A stretch of 64,000 nucleotides of DNA, taken from assembly GCA_963711835.1 (NCBI GenBank), contig CAVQFQ010000017.1, forward strand, positions 1-64,000. Direction: 5' to 3'. Source of the stretch: an uncultured delta proteobacterium. Lineage in GTDB: Bacteria > Desulfobacterota > RBG-13-43-22. A program made the position numbers and the translations under genes. Positions within the stretch are counted from its first letter, which is position 1. Every line of letters starts with the position of its first letter. Positions 18,788 to 29,122 of the stretch are shown here, in pieces. The notes under the pieces are model-generated. The model saw only the letters and a list, made by a program, of their open reading frames with translations. It was not told the origin of the DNA and ran no database searches.

Positions 18788-19933
18788 TTAAATTTTCGGC
18801 GCGAATCGCCTGTCGTAACCGGTCATTTCCACATAGCCCTGGCCCCGGATCGGTCGCCCTCGAAATTGTCCCTGAACGCTTACCGCCCCTTCCCAGTAGG
18901 TAACCCGGGTGCTTTTCAAGGTCATCAACTCCTGGTCGGACACCAAGGGCGTTAATCGGACTCTAAGCTGATGGCCGGGCACCTCAATCTCCCAGGAAGC
19001 CGGATACACAGCCCCGCTCCGGGTGCTTTTCCAATAATCCAGGACCCGCAGCTGAAAATCAGTCCGGGTCAGGTGTTGGGTTGCAGCATCAGGAAGGATC
19101 AGGCTGCCGCTGGAATAAGGATCCAGGCCGCCGTCACGGTTGCGGATTTGATAGATCATCAGGTCCAGGTTATTGTCTAATTGCATGGAAAACCAGTCCC
19201 AGCCGATTTGATGGTCCTTAAGTTGATCGCTCCCGAACTCATGATCCATCCAACTGCTGCCGGTTACCGGTACCTCCTTTCCCTTAAGGAATAAGACCCC
19301 TTCGGTTTGCAGGCGGGTCAGGGAATAATAATGAGAGGCCCGGCCCGCTCCTTCTCCCTTCCGGCTGACGCCGCCGCGGCCATGGATGGCCGGCGCCTTT
19401 ACCGGGAGAACCCGCAGCCGAAGTCCGAAATCCCGGTCTCCCGCCAGGAGAACATGTCCGGCCCCTTCTTCTTCCACGCTCCAGTTTTCCACCCAGACCC
19501 GATAACGGTTTTCTTCTGCTCCTGCCAATCCCAAATTCCCCCGGCCGGCTTTTTCAAGAAATCGAAAGGTCCCGGCCCGGATATCGGTCAGGGCCAGATG
19601 GGCCATAATCATTTCTTTTATCCGCCAGCGGGATCCCGGCAAGGGAAGGGTCCCCGGCACCAATCCGACCCGGAAAAAGGTCAACTGGTAGCCATATTTT
19701 TCGCCCTGGCCATCCTGCAGGTGACCGTTATAGTACCACCACTCGGTTTTGAAATCCCGGTGAACCCGATGGTCCCGGGGAAATTGGAAGTTCCAGCCGG
19801 GCAGGGCGGGCCTGAACGCCGCCTTTTTCTCAGACCCGGCCCAAAGGCCCGCCTCCCGGATGAACGGAACAAGAAAGAAACATCCCAGCAGAAAGAGGAC
19901 CTTCCAGAGAGCGCTTTTTTCTTTTTTTTTCAT
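18788..19933 (-). CDS. AttH-like lipocalin / CrtC-fold secreted protein
   Basis: FPRDH, TEWWYYNG, YQLTFFR, WMDHEFGS, GWDWFS, YWEG, GYVEMTGY. Confidence 0.88.
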   Translation of the reverse strand: MKKKEKSALWKVLFLLGCFFLVPFIREAGLWAGSEKKAAFRPALPGWNFQFPRDHRVHRDFKTEWWYYNGHLQDGQGEKYGYQLTFFRVGLVPGTLPLPGSRWRIKEMIMAHLALTDIRAGTFRFLEKAGRGNLGLAGAEENRYRVWVENWSVEEEGAGHVLLAGDRDFGLRLRVLPVKAPAIHGRGGVSRKGEGAGRASHYYSLTRLQTEGVLFLKGKEVPVTGSSWMDHEFGSDQLKDHQIGWDWFSMQLDNNLDLMIYQIRNRDGGLDPYSSGSLILPDAATQHLTRTDFQLRVLDYWKSTRSGAVYPASWEIEVPGHQLRVRLTPLVSDQELMTLKSTRVTYWEGAVSVQGQFRGRPIRGQGYVEMTGYDRRFAPKI

Positions 19934-19952
19934 GCCACCGGCCCTAATCCGC

Positions 19953-22529
19953 TCATTCTTCCCGGATCATTTGTTGTGTTTTCCCTTTTATGGCCAAAGA
20001 GGCCGGAATCCAACCGGCCAGGATGGAACCTAACAGGATAAGTCCCAGGGTCTGGAGGTAGATGGCCCAGGACCAGTAAAATGGAATCGTCCAGCCAAAG
20101 GACTGTTTATTAATAACAAAAATTAAAATCAGGGACAATACGGTTCCGGCCAGGCCTCCTCCCAAGAAACTGAAGCCGCCCATCAGGAGCGTTTCGATCA
20201 GGATCATCTTCCTGATCTGGATCGGCAAGGCCCCCAAGGCCCGGAGGATACCCAGCTCCTTTTCTCGAAACAAAATGGAAATGGCACTGGTATGGAGAAT
20301 GCCCAAAAAGGCCACCAGGATGGCAATGGCCTCCAGGACGTAGGTGACTTGAAAAGTCTGGTCGAAGATCCGTAAGATCTCGTCCCGCAGCTCGCGGTGG
20401 GAAACGACGACCAAAGAAACCTGACCGGAAAATCTTTTTTGGATCGCCTTCCGCATCTCGGAAGTTCCGCCGGGACCCTTGAGATAAAGGCGCAGGCCGT
20501 TAACCCGGTCGTCCTTCCAGTATTTTAAGAAAAGACGGCGGTCCATCCAAACCGCTCCACCCTCGGTCCTATAGTCATAAAAAACACCGGCCACTGTAAA
20601 ACGACGCGGACCCTCGGCTGTGATAAGAGATAGGGAGGAGCCGGGCTTCAGGGATAACTGGTTGGCCAAAACCTCGGAGATTAAGATTTCCTCCCCAAAG
20701 AGAACCTTGGTGAAGATGCCTTCCGGATGGCCTTCCCTGAAAGCCAACCCCCCGTGACGTTGGATAACCGCCAGATCCCCCGACCAGAGACGAAGCGGTT
20801 CGCCCCTGATCTCGGTAATCAGACCCCGATAATGATAGACATCCGAAAGCCCTTCCATGGCCTCGATGGAGCGAAGGACCCAGGGTTCTAAGAACTGGGA
20901 AAAGCCCTGATTGGAAGGGAAGACCGGGCTTACAAACAGATCGCCGCTGATCGATTGTTGGATCCAGGTATCAACGGCCTGGCGGAAACTTCGAATCATA
21001 ACGGTCACGCTGATCAGCATGGCGATGGCCGTCATCAGGGCAGCCATGGCTATGGCCATCCGGTTCAAATAGCGATTCACATAATATAACCCCAAACGGG
21101 TTGAAACAGTCCCCCTCCTCCAACGAGCCATCAGGGAAAGGACTCCCTGGATAACGACCCGGGTAAAGGGAGGAAGCAAAAAAGAAAACCCCAGGGTCAA
21201 GGCCAGGGTCGAGGCCAGACCCCCCACCGGCCACTCCCGGTAATTGGGGACAAAGATCAGCATGCCGGCCGCTATCAGAAGCCCGAACCCGGCCAGGAGA
21301 AAAAGCCTGGTCCGGTCCAACCGGAAGGAGGTAAGACCGGGGTTTTGATAAATGACCTCTTTCGGTTGAATCCGGGAGGCCTGACGAGCCGGGAGAAAGG
21401 CGGAGGCCAGGGAAAGGATAACCGATAAGAAGGCGATTGACGCCGCCTCCCATAAAGGAAAAGAAAGGCGGGTAATCCCCACCAGGACATAGAGATTGGT
21501 AATGGTCCGGGAAACCGTGTCCAGAAGGAGACGGGCCAGGAAATAACCGCCTCCAATTCCCATCAAACCACCGATCAGCCCATATCCGGCCGACTCCAGG
21601 AGGATTAACCAAAGGACCTGTCCGGGCAGCATTCCCAGCGCCCTCAGGACCCCTAATTCCTTCCGGCGCCGGGCCACCGCAAGGGAGGTGGTGTTATAGA
21701 TAAGATACATGCTTACCAGCAGGGCAATGAAACTTAAAGCCGTCAGGTTCAACTGATAGGAACGGATCATCTTTTCGGTTCCTCTTTCCCGGTCTCCGGG
21801 TTGGACGATCCGGACCCCTTCAGGAAGGACCTTTTTCAAATCCTGCAACTGGGTCTTTTCCGAGCCCTTCTTAAAAACGAGATCAATCCGGTCCAGACGG
21901 CCGATCTTTCCGAAAACCTCCTGGGCCTGGGCGATATCCATCACTCCAAAATTGCCTTCCAAGGCCTGGGCCGGCCCTTTGGGGTCTATCAGGGCCGCAA
22001 TCGTCAGGGTTTCCGGGCGACCATGGACCAGGATGGTCAGGGAGTCTCCTTTTTTCAGTCCCTGGCCTCGGGCAAAATCGCGGCTCAGGCCCACGGTTTT
22101 AGGCGTCAGCAGCAGGGAAAAAAATTCTTCACTCCGGATGGAGGAAATCGCCTCGGAATGAGAACGAATTCCGGCCTCGCTGAAAAAATCCAGGCCCATG
22201 ATCCAAAGCACTTCCCCCGGCCGCCGGTCCAGGGAAACCTGAAATTCTACGACCGGAGCCGCGGCTTCGACCACGGGATGCAGTTTAACGGCCGGAAAAA
22301 GGCCTTCATCAAGCTCCCGGCCGTCCTGCAAAATTTGCCACTGGGTCTGGCCGGAGATGGAACGAACCGTGCTTTTAAAGGAACGGAGGGACGCCCCGAC
22401 CGAAAGATGGATGCTGACGAAGACCGCAACTCCCAGGGCCAGTCCCAGAATGGTTAAGAGGGATTGCCGCCAGGACTGGAGGTAATGACGAAGAAGAAGG
22501 AGAAGATAGAATTTGAGAAGCGCCATCAA
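19953..22529 (-). CDS. ABC transporter permease, duplicated MacB/FtsX type (AttF/G-like)
   Basis: Two FtsX-like halves (RRKELGVLRALG, REKELGILRALG). Confidence 0.88.
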   Translation of the reverse strand: MMALLKFYLLLLLRHYLQSWRQSLLTILGLALGVAVFVSIHLSVGASLRSFKSTVRSISGQTQWQILQDGRELDEGLFPAVKLHPVVEAAAPVVEFQVSLDRRPGEVLWIMGLDFFSEAGIRSHSEAISSIRSEEFFSLLLTPKTVGLSRDFARGQGLKKGDSLTILVHGRPETLTIAALIDPKGPAQALEGNFGVMDIAQAQEVFGKIGRLDRIDLVFKKGSEKTQLQDLKKVLPEGVRIVQPGDRERGTEKMIRSYQLNLTALSFIALLVSMYLIYNTTSLAVARRRKELGVLRALGMLPGQVLWLILLESAGYGLIGGLMGIGGGYFLARLLLDTVSRTITNLYVLVGITRLSFPLWEAASIAFLSVILSLASAFLPARQASRIQPKEVIYQNPGLTSFRLDRTRLFLLAGFGLLIAAGMLIFVPNYREWPVGGLASTLALTLGFSFLLPPFTRVVIQGVLSLMARWRRGTVSTRLGLYYVNRYLNRMAIAMAALMTAIAMLISVTVMIRSFRQAVDTWIQQSISGDLFVSPVFPSNQGFSQFLEPWVLRSIEAMEGLSDVYHYRGLITEIRGEPLRLWSGDLAVIQRHGGLAFREGHPEGIFTKVLFGEEILISEVLANQLSLKPGSSLSLITAEGPRRFTVAGVFYDYRTEGGAVWMDRRLFLKYWKDDRVNGLRLYLKGPGGTSEMRKAIQKRFSGQVSLVVVSHRELRDEILRIFDQTFQVTYVLEAIAILVAFLGILHTSAISILFREKELGILRALGALPIQIRKMILIETLLMGGFSFLGGGLAGTVLSLILIFVINKQSFGWTIPFYWSWAIYLQTLGLILLGSILAGWIPASLAIKGKTQQMIREE

Positions 22530-22613
22530 TAAACCCGATCTATGCCATCCGTAACACGTCAGCCCTTTTCAGAAAACCTTGGAGACCGCTTGAGCCGGGA
22601 ATGATGAATAAGG

Positions 22614-23285
22614 TTAGCTTAGGACGTGACCGTCTTTGAGCTTGACGATGCGGTTGGCCAGAGAGTCGGCCTCCCGCGAATGGGTGGCCAGGATGACGGT
22701 CTGCCCCTGCTCTTGATTCAGGTCGGCCAGCAGGGAAAGGACCTGCTGCCCATTTTGGGAATCTAGATTGCCGGTCGGTTCATCCGCCAGGATCACCCGG
22801 GGAGAATTGATTAAGGCCCGGGCAATGGCCACGCGCTGCTGTTCGCCGCCGGACAAGGCCTGGGGCAGGTGCTGTCTCCGGTGGAGTAACCCCACCCGGG
22901 CTAACAGGTGCTCAACCCGGTCCCGGGTATCTCCCCCGCCCTTCCCCTCCAGCCAGCGGGGCAGGGCGATATTCTCTTCCACCGTCAGCATGGGGATGAG
23001 ATTGAAGGACTGGAAAATCGTACCCACTTCCCGGCGTCGGAAGAGGGTCCGTTCTTTTTCGGATAGGGTTCCGATATTTCTGCCTCCCACCCAGACCTCT
23101 CCGCCGGACGGCTCATCCAGGCCGCCGATCATATTCAGAAGCGTGGTCTTGCCGCAGCCGCTTTTCCCCGAAAGGATAACCAGCTCCCCGGCCGCCAGGC
23201 TCAGGGTGATCCCCTTCAAGGCCCAGACCTCGGCCGCAGCGGTCCGGTAGCATCTGGAAACGTCTTTCAGTTCAATCAGGACCAT
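22614..23285 (-). CDS. ABC transporter ATP-binding protein (LolD/MacB-like)
   Basis: [28 protein letters not shown]. Confidence 0.93.
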   Translation of the reverse strand: MVLIELKDVSRCYRTAAAEVWALKGITLSLAAGELVILSGKSGCGKTTLLNMIGGLDEPSGGEVWVGGRNIGTLSEKERTLFRRREVGTIFQSFNLIPMLTVEENIALPRWLEGKGGGDTRDRVEHLLARVGLLHRRQHLPQALSGGEQQRVAIARALINSPRVILADEPTGNLDSQNGQQVLSLLADLNQEQGQTVILATHSREADSLANRIVKLKDGHVLS

Positions 23286-23292
23286 GATGTCC

Positions 23293-24279
23293 TTAAATCA
23301 TCCACTCGCGAAAAAACTCCTTAGATAGCTTGGTAATCTTGATCACCCAACGGTTTTCAGCGCAACCCAATTGCACCGGGATCGTTTGTCCTTCCAGAGC
23401 GTCACTGTAGGACAGGACCAGCCCGGCCATTCGCGTCCGATCTTCCTCATCGCCGGACCAGCCCGGCATGATCACCAGGGGTCCGGGAACATGCAGCACC
23501 CGAGCCCAGCCATCTTTCGGAAGAAGCCTTTCTTCAATGAAATCATTTTCCTTCTTGTTCCGGCCGATAATGGTCTTGGCCTCCGGTCGCCAGCGAAAAT
23601 GGCGGCCCACTTTTAAGAACTCGATTTCCCTGCGGAGCGGGTCCGGAGCATGTTGGAGGAGCTCCTTCAAACGACGGGAAAAAACAGGATCGGTCAGAAG
23701 GCAGCCCCCGGCCGGTGTCGGATAGTCCTTTATTCCGTAGCCTTCGGCCAGGGTCATTTGACGTTTTCGGGAACGGCCCTGGATATCCAATAAACGGGAA
23801 CGATCCACTAGCCCCTGCCGTTCCGGAACGGTTTCCGCAAGAAGACGGGCACTTAAGGGCCGCAGAATGCGATCAGCGAACCCGGATCCTTTTTCCACGG
23901 CCCGCAACGAGTTTTTGGTCTGGGAGAAAGGCCGCTGGCCCAAGACTTCTCCGGTAAAAAGAAAGTCGGCCTGAATGGCTTCCATCTCTTCTCCGGCCTT
24001 CCGGAGCATCAGGGCATGGCAATCAATGCAGGGGTTCATTCTTTTTCCATACCCATACCGGGGATTTTTGAGCATGACCCAATGCGGATCGGTAATGTCT
24101 TGTATCGTTAAGGGGACCTGCAGCTGCCGGGCAGCCCGCTCGGCCTTCTCCGCGCCGAAGAAGGGGGTGGTAAAAGCCAGACCCAGGACCTCAATCCCCT
24201 GGTCTAAAATAATTCGGGTGGCCAGCATACTGTCCAGGCCACCCGAAAGCAGTCCAATGGCTTTTGGTTTATGTTTCAT
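23293..24279 (-). CDS. ThiI/MnmA-like tRNA thiouridylase-family PP-loop protein
   Basis: LSGGLDS PP-loop, NPCIDC, GEVLGQRPFSQ, PAGGCLLT. Confidence 0.8.
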   Translation of the reverse strand: MKHKPKAIGLLSGGLDSMLATRIILDQGIEVLGLAFTTPFFGAEKAERAARQLQVPLTIQDITDPHWVMLKNPRYGYGKRMNPCIDCHALMLRKAGEEMEAIQADFLFTGEVLGQRPFSQTKNSLRAVEKGSGFADRILRPLSARLLAETVPERQGLVDRSRLLDIQGRSRKRQMTLAEGYGIKDYPTPAGGCLLTDPVFSRRLKELLQHAPDPLRREIEFLKVGRHFRWRPEAKTIIGRNKKENDFIEERLLPKDGWARVLHVPGPLVIMPGWSGDEEDRTRMAGLVLSYSDALEGQTIPVQLGCAENRWVIKITKLSKEFFREWMI

Positions 24280-24384
24280 AGCCAACCGGGCATCCCGATT
24301 TCTCGATCGTTGCCCTGCCTTTATCGAACTATCTCTGGCGACAGAGAAAAATTTTCTACGTCCTACGAACTCAGGACTCCTGAC

Positions 24385-24783
24385 TCATTCACGTACCGAA
24401 ACCAGATTACAGCGGCAACCGATGTGCATGACCCGCTGATTTAACCCGTCGTATTCCTCCAGGGAAAAGATGCGCTCTTCCATCTTCTGGCACTCCGGGC
24501 AGACCAGGCTGTCTCCCCGGGTCTCCCAGCGCAGCCCGGGCAGGCGGGTCCTCTTGGCATCGTAGATAACCCTTCGCCAAATAGCCCTTTTTTCAATCTC
24601 CAGATTTCCGGCCTCTTCTAATGACATGGCCCCCTGGTATGGCAGGTTGCGGAACCAGTCCGGCTCCCGGGCCATCAATCCTTCCAGTTCCCATCGCGCG
24701 GCTTTTAGAAAATCCTGAAAGCTTTTATTCGCTTCGGAAGGTCTGCCCTCTTTATCAACTTTTTTTTTCTTCCAAAATCGCAT
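24385..24783 (-). CDS. Hypothetical protein with MuF-like C-terminal CxxC...HxxCRC motif
   Basis: WETRGDSLVCPEC ... MHIGCRC; GGAGG RBS before ATG 24783. Confidence 0.6.
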   Translation of the reverse strand: MRFWKKKKVDKEGRPSEANKSFQDFLKAARWELEGLMAREPDWFRNLPYQGAMSLEEAGNLEIEKRAIWRRVIYDAKRTRLPGLRWETRGDSLVCPECQKMEERIFSLEEYDGLNQRVMHIGCRCNLVSVRE

Positions 24784-25330
24784 GGTCCTCCCTGGCTTTA
24801 TGAACAGCCTCGAGATCGCATCTGGGTTATCCGGGCAAATGGGGCTGTTTTTCCGGAGTCCTATCGGGAAAGGGCTGAAGCAATCCGATGCCTTATGGAT
24901 GCCGAACGCCGACATTATTATTAATAATCTCATAAATCCAACTCCTTTTCAAATTAATTTATTGCCTAAGTCCTCCGCTTCCTGATTCGTTTTTCAAATT
25001 CTACAGCCCAGAAAACTCAGGTCGACAAGACCAGAGTAATCGCCAGTTCAAAAAGGATTAACGGTGCCGTTTTGAAAATTGGATTCAGAAAGGGCAGATA
25101 GATAGCGGCCATTTGTTTGAGGGCCGCCAAGGCCGTTTCGGCCCGTTATTCCTGGACGAAGCCAATCGGGCGGACTCGGCCATTCGGGCTCTGATTAGCT
25201 CTTATCCTTCGTTGACAAGGGGCCGATAATTATGCTATTCCATTAGCCATCTTGTTAATTTTTCTTTTCCTAATTGACATCCCGGATATGTATATTATAA
25301 TGATCATTAAAAATCCCAAAGGAGAAAGTT

Positions 25331-25600
25331 ATGCAGGATTTTCAAAAGATACTGCCTGTTACGAAGGTCAAAAGGAATCTTCTTGATCTCCTCAAACAAA
25401 TGGAACAGGAGGATGAGACCATTGCTCTCACCAAAAACGGTGAGGCGGTAGGGGTTATGATGACGATTTCCCGGTACGAGGCCCTGCAGGAAACCATTGA
25501 GATACTGGGAGACAAGAAAATCCTGACTGCTCTTAAACGCTCCCAAAAGGATTTTTTGACCGGCAAGGTCTTGAATCACGAAGAGGTCTGGAAGGACTAA
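25331..25600 (+). CDS. Phd/YefM antitoxin
   Basis: IALTKNGEAVGVMM...YEALQETIEIL; overlaps the toxin start. Confidence 0.88.
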   Translation: MQDFQKILPVTKVKRNLLDLLKQMEQEDETIALTKNGEAVGVMMTISRYEALQETIEILGDKKILTALKRSQKDFLTGKVLNHEEVWKD

Positions 25601-25884
25601 TGTCTTATCGTCTCATTTATTCCAATACTTCCGGAAAACAGATCAGGTCTCTCCACCCCTGGATAAAACCAACTATCAAAAAGCACATCGAGGACCTTAA
25701 GGAAAATCCCTTTTCAGGGAAGGCCTTGGAAAGAGAGCTTTCCGGCTACTATTCTCTCAGGGCAAAGCGGTTTAGAGTAATTTATGAAATAAAGGAACAG
25801 GAAAAAATCATACAAATCCATTATGTGAGTTATCGAAAAGATATTTATCAGCTCTTTAGGGAACTTTTAGAGGACAAACAATAA
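25600..25884 (+). CDS. RelE/ParE family toxin
   Basis: NPFSGKALERELSGYYSLR..RFRVIYEI...RKDIY. Confidence 0.88.
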   Translation: MSYRLIYSNTSGKQIRSLHPWIKPTIKKHIEDLKENPFSGKALERELSGYYSLRAKRFRVIYEIKEQEKIIQIHYVSYRKDIYQLFRELLEDKQ

Positions 25885-26090
25885 CCATCCCTGCCCATTG
25901 GAGATATCAATAGGACCTGGAAACAAAAAAAGCAGTCCATCATTTTTCTTTTCCCCTTTTATGCAACTTCGAGGTTTACAGAAGCTGGGCTTCCGAGTGG
26001 CCGCCTTGTCCGGTATCCAGCGCCGTTTGGTGATCCTTGGACGACCTCAAGGCTAAAGATGCCGGATAGGAGGTTGCGGGGGGGAAATGG

Positions 26091-26375
26091 GTGTTGGCTG
26101 ACCACAAGTCAACGAATTCATCAACGGCCCACCAAAAAGAGCAGGCTGGTTCTCCGGAAAGTTCACCAAAAAGTTCGGGGAAAACGCCGGTGGAAATCCT
26201 CTTGCTGTTAAAAGATAACCCGGCCTTATCCATTCCGGAACTTGCAGAAAAATTAGGGAAGTCGGAAAACGCAATAGAACGAGCTATCCGAAAACTTCGC
26301 CAAGCTGATCTATTGAAACGCATCAGTCCGGCCAAGGGCGGGTATTGGGAAGTGGTGGGGATGGGGAAAGGGTGA
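26091..26375 (+). pseudogene. C-terminal winged-HTH remnant of a Fic/RecG-C-type protein
   Basis: NPALSIPELAEKLG...LKRISPAKGGYWEV tail without an upstream domain. Confidence 0.55.
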
Positions 26376-26479
26376 TAGTGGGAAGATTCAGCTCTATTGG
26401 AAAACATATCCATTCTTTATTGACAGACAGCCTTTGGCTATGTAATATTTTTACTCGTTAATAATCTAACGGATTATCT

Positions 26480-27286
26480 ATGGATAACAAAATTACATTC
26501 AAAGGGTTAGGGCCTAAAGAGGCGGAACTGGTTGCCCGGTTGGCCTATGAAAAGAAGAACATCGTTTCCACCCAGGATATCGCCGGCTTTCTACCCTCTG
26601 ATTTTAAATATCGCAGCCAATTCATTTTTAACTTAAAACAAAAAAGTATCCTTACCCCGATTAAACGCGGGGTTTACGTCTTTACCCCCCTGGAGATGGT
26701 TCCCTCCGGTCCGCGGATTAACGAGTTGCTGATCCCTCCTGTGTTTTTTCCCCGAAAGGATTATTACATCGGATATTCCACGATGTTCAATTATTACGGA
26801 TTCACCGATCAACTTTTTCAGACCGTTTATGTTCTCAACACGTCTGTATTCCAGGAGCGGATTGTTTTAGGTATCTCCTACAAGTTTTTGAAGGTTTCCC
26901 TAGACAGGATGTACGGAATTGAGACCATTAGGGTGGATGATACGGAGGTAAAAATCAGTTCCAAAGAAAGAACACTGGTCGATCTTGTCTATTTCAACAA
27001 ACCGGTCGGTGGTAAGGCCAAGGCAGTTGATATCTTTGTCAGGATGGTCGGGGAAAAAAATTGTGATTTGAGTAAACTGGTCGAATACGCCTCTCGTTTC
27101 CCCATTGCTGCGGTGCGAAAACAGATCGGGGTGGTTTTGGAGGGCCTTGGCCTGAAAAAATCTGTCTTGCGCCCTTTGATTACCAGCGTTGAAAAAACAG
27201 CCATCACTTCGTTGACCGGCACCCGGAAAGGCACCCTGAACAAAACGTGGAAAGTCATTGTCGATGCTTCACAAGAAAAAAGATGA
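26480..27286 (+). CDS. Type IV TA antitoxin, AbiEi family
   Basis: IKRGVY, YYIGYSTMFNYYG, SKERTLVD; paired with the downstream nucleotidyltransferase. Confidence 0.82.
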   Translation: MDNKITFKGLGPKEAELVARLAYEKKNIVSTQDIAGFLPSDFKYRSQFIFNLKQKSILTPIKRGVYVFTPLEMVPSGPRINELLIPPVFFPRKDYYIGYSTMFNYYGFTDQLFQTVYVLNTSVFQERIVLGISYKFLKVSLDRMYGIETIRVDDTEVKISSKERTLVDLVYFNKPVGGKAKAVDIFVRMVGEKNCDLSKLVEYASRFPIAAVRKQIGVVLEGLGLKKSVLRPLITSVEKTAITSLTGTRKGTLNKTWKVIVDASQEKR

Positions 27287-28142
27287 TTTCCTCAGAACAC
27301 TTAATCAGGTAGCCAGACAGACGGGTTTCCTCCTGCCTCTTGTTGAAAAAGACTACTACCTGACCCTCATCCTTTCACGCCTCCGAGACCTGAGCCCGGA
27401 TCTTATTTTCAAGGGCGGGACCTGTCTGAATAAAATCTATTTCTCCTACTACCGGTTGAGTGAGGATCTGGATTTCACGATGCGTCTGCCGAAATACACT
27501 GCCACAAGGGGAATACGTAGAAAAAAAATTCAGACGGTTAAGGACAACATTGAAGCATTTGCTCTGCAGTTCGATTTGGGGATAGATGACCTGGAAAAAG
27601 CCGGACGGAATGAATCGAGACAGTACGTCTACTATTTTTATTATCAATCCGTGGTCCTGCCCGTAGAATCAAAGATCAAGTTTGAGATCGGACTACGGTT
27701 CAGTCCAATCTGTGAGCCGGAGAAGAAAAGGGTCCGCCATGAATTCGTACATCCCTTTACAGGGGAGCCTTTATTTGACGGCGGAGAGGTTAATTGCCTG
27801 AGGCTTAAAGAGCTCATTGCTGAAAAGTTGCGGGCAGCCGCTACCAGGGTGAGTATTACCCCCCGCGATTTTTATGATATTGATTTTATACTTAGAAACT
27901 CCTTCGACCTTACGGAACCGGAGGTTTTGAAGTTGTTTCAGAAAAAGCTTGAAGAAGATGGCGCAGATACCGACCTTACCAGGTATCGTGTCAATCTGGG
28001 GAGAAGCGATATCGAGATTAAAGACATGAGGCATCGAATAAAAGAGGAGCTTCTGGAAGTGTTGACCCCCGGCGAACGCAAGAATTTCGATCTTGATTCC
28101 GCGTTGCGAAGAATAAATGATGCTTTTAAAAGATTGCCTTGA
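27258..28142 (+). CDS. Type IV TA toxin, AbiEii nucleotidyltransferase
   Basis: EKDY, FKGGTCL, RLSEDLDF, EKLRA, RDFYD. Confidence 0.88.
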   Translation: MSMLHKKKDDFLRTLNQVARQTGFLLPLVEKDYYLTLILSRLRDLSPDLIFKGGTCLNKIYFSYYRLSEDLDFTMRLPKYTATRGIRRKKIQTVKDNIEAFALQFDLGIDDLEKAGRNESRQYVYYFYYQSVVLPVESKIKFEIGLRFSPICEPEKKRVRHEFVHPFTGEPLFDGGEVNCLRLKELIAEKLRAAATRVSITPRDFYDIDFILRNSFDLTEPEVLKLFQKKLEEDGADTDLTRYRVNLGRSDIEIKDMRHRIKEELLEVLTPGERKNFDLDSALRRINDAFKRLP

Positions 28143-28666
28143 TGGAATTCGGCCTCGGCCTGACTTGGCGTGGCAGAGCCCAGGAGCGGACTCAATTACC
28201 CAACCGGAAAGCCTGGACGCATCGGTCCGGCCAAGGAGGGATATTGGGAGGTTGTGGAGAGAAGATAGAGTTTGCGGAGAAACTGGGATTAATAAAATCC
28301 GGGGGGGCATCGGAAGGAAGTCATAAGGGGGGCAATGGGTAGTTGAGGACGCCGATATTGGGTTAGCAAATAGATGCATCGGAATGCCTAAATCCAGGGC
28401 CTGAATCGGCCTGGAGGAAAGGCTGGTACAGGAAGCAGGCCGGCAAGGTCCCGTTTAAAAATATTAGGAGGGATGGGGAGTTTTTGTTTTGGGGCGGATG
28501 ACAGGGCTCGACAGCGTCCGAGGGAACAAGTAGTGTGGAATCTTGTAAATTTTTAAGATTCGACCTCATACGAAAGGAACAAGAGAAAGACTCCTTGAGT
28601 AAAATTTTAGGCATTTTCATTGAAAAGTTATGCCCTGACAAATCTACTTACCAGCCTGGAGGAACC

Positions 28667-28995
28667 GATGAAATGCACGACGATGAGCATTGGAGAGCTA
28701 AGAGATAAATACAGAATCCACCAGATAAACCTAAACCCCCCTTATCAACGTAAGCCAGTCTGGAAAACCAAAGACAGACTCCTGCTATTATCTTCTCTAT
28801 TTAATGGTATTCCTATCCCAGCAGTTATTTTCCACAAATATTTTAATTCGAAGAGGAAAAGAGAGATCTATGATGTTCTAGACGGAAAGCAACGCATCGA
28901 GACAATCCTGCACTTTATAAAATTAAGAACGCTAAAAGGCGAAAAGGAACTATCTGTTCAATACAAAAACCCTCAAACCAACAAGAACGATTCAC
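28667..28995 (+). pseudogene. DUF262 (GmrS-like) N-terminal fragment
   Basis: PPYQRKPVW, NGIPIP, VLDGKQR; ends abruptly, fused to unrelated sequence. Confidence 0.7.
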
Positions 28996-29122
28996 TAATT
29001 CCAAACGCAGTCTTGAAACGCTGCGAATGGGGCCATGACGATTACAGCCTGCGGGTGGAAAACCTGCCCAAGGCCCCACCCAAGCCGGGGCAGTTACCCC
29101 TTTTTGGTGAGGAGATGGAGCC

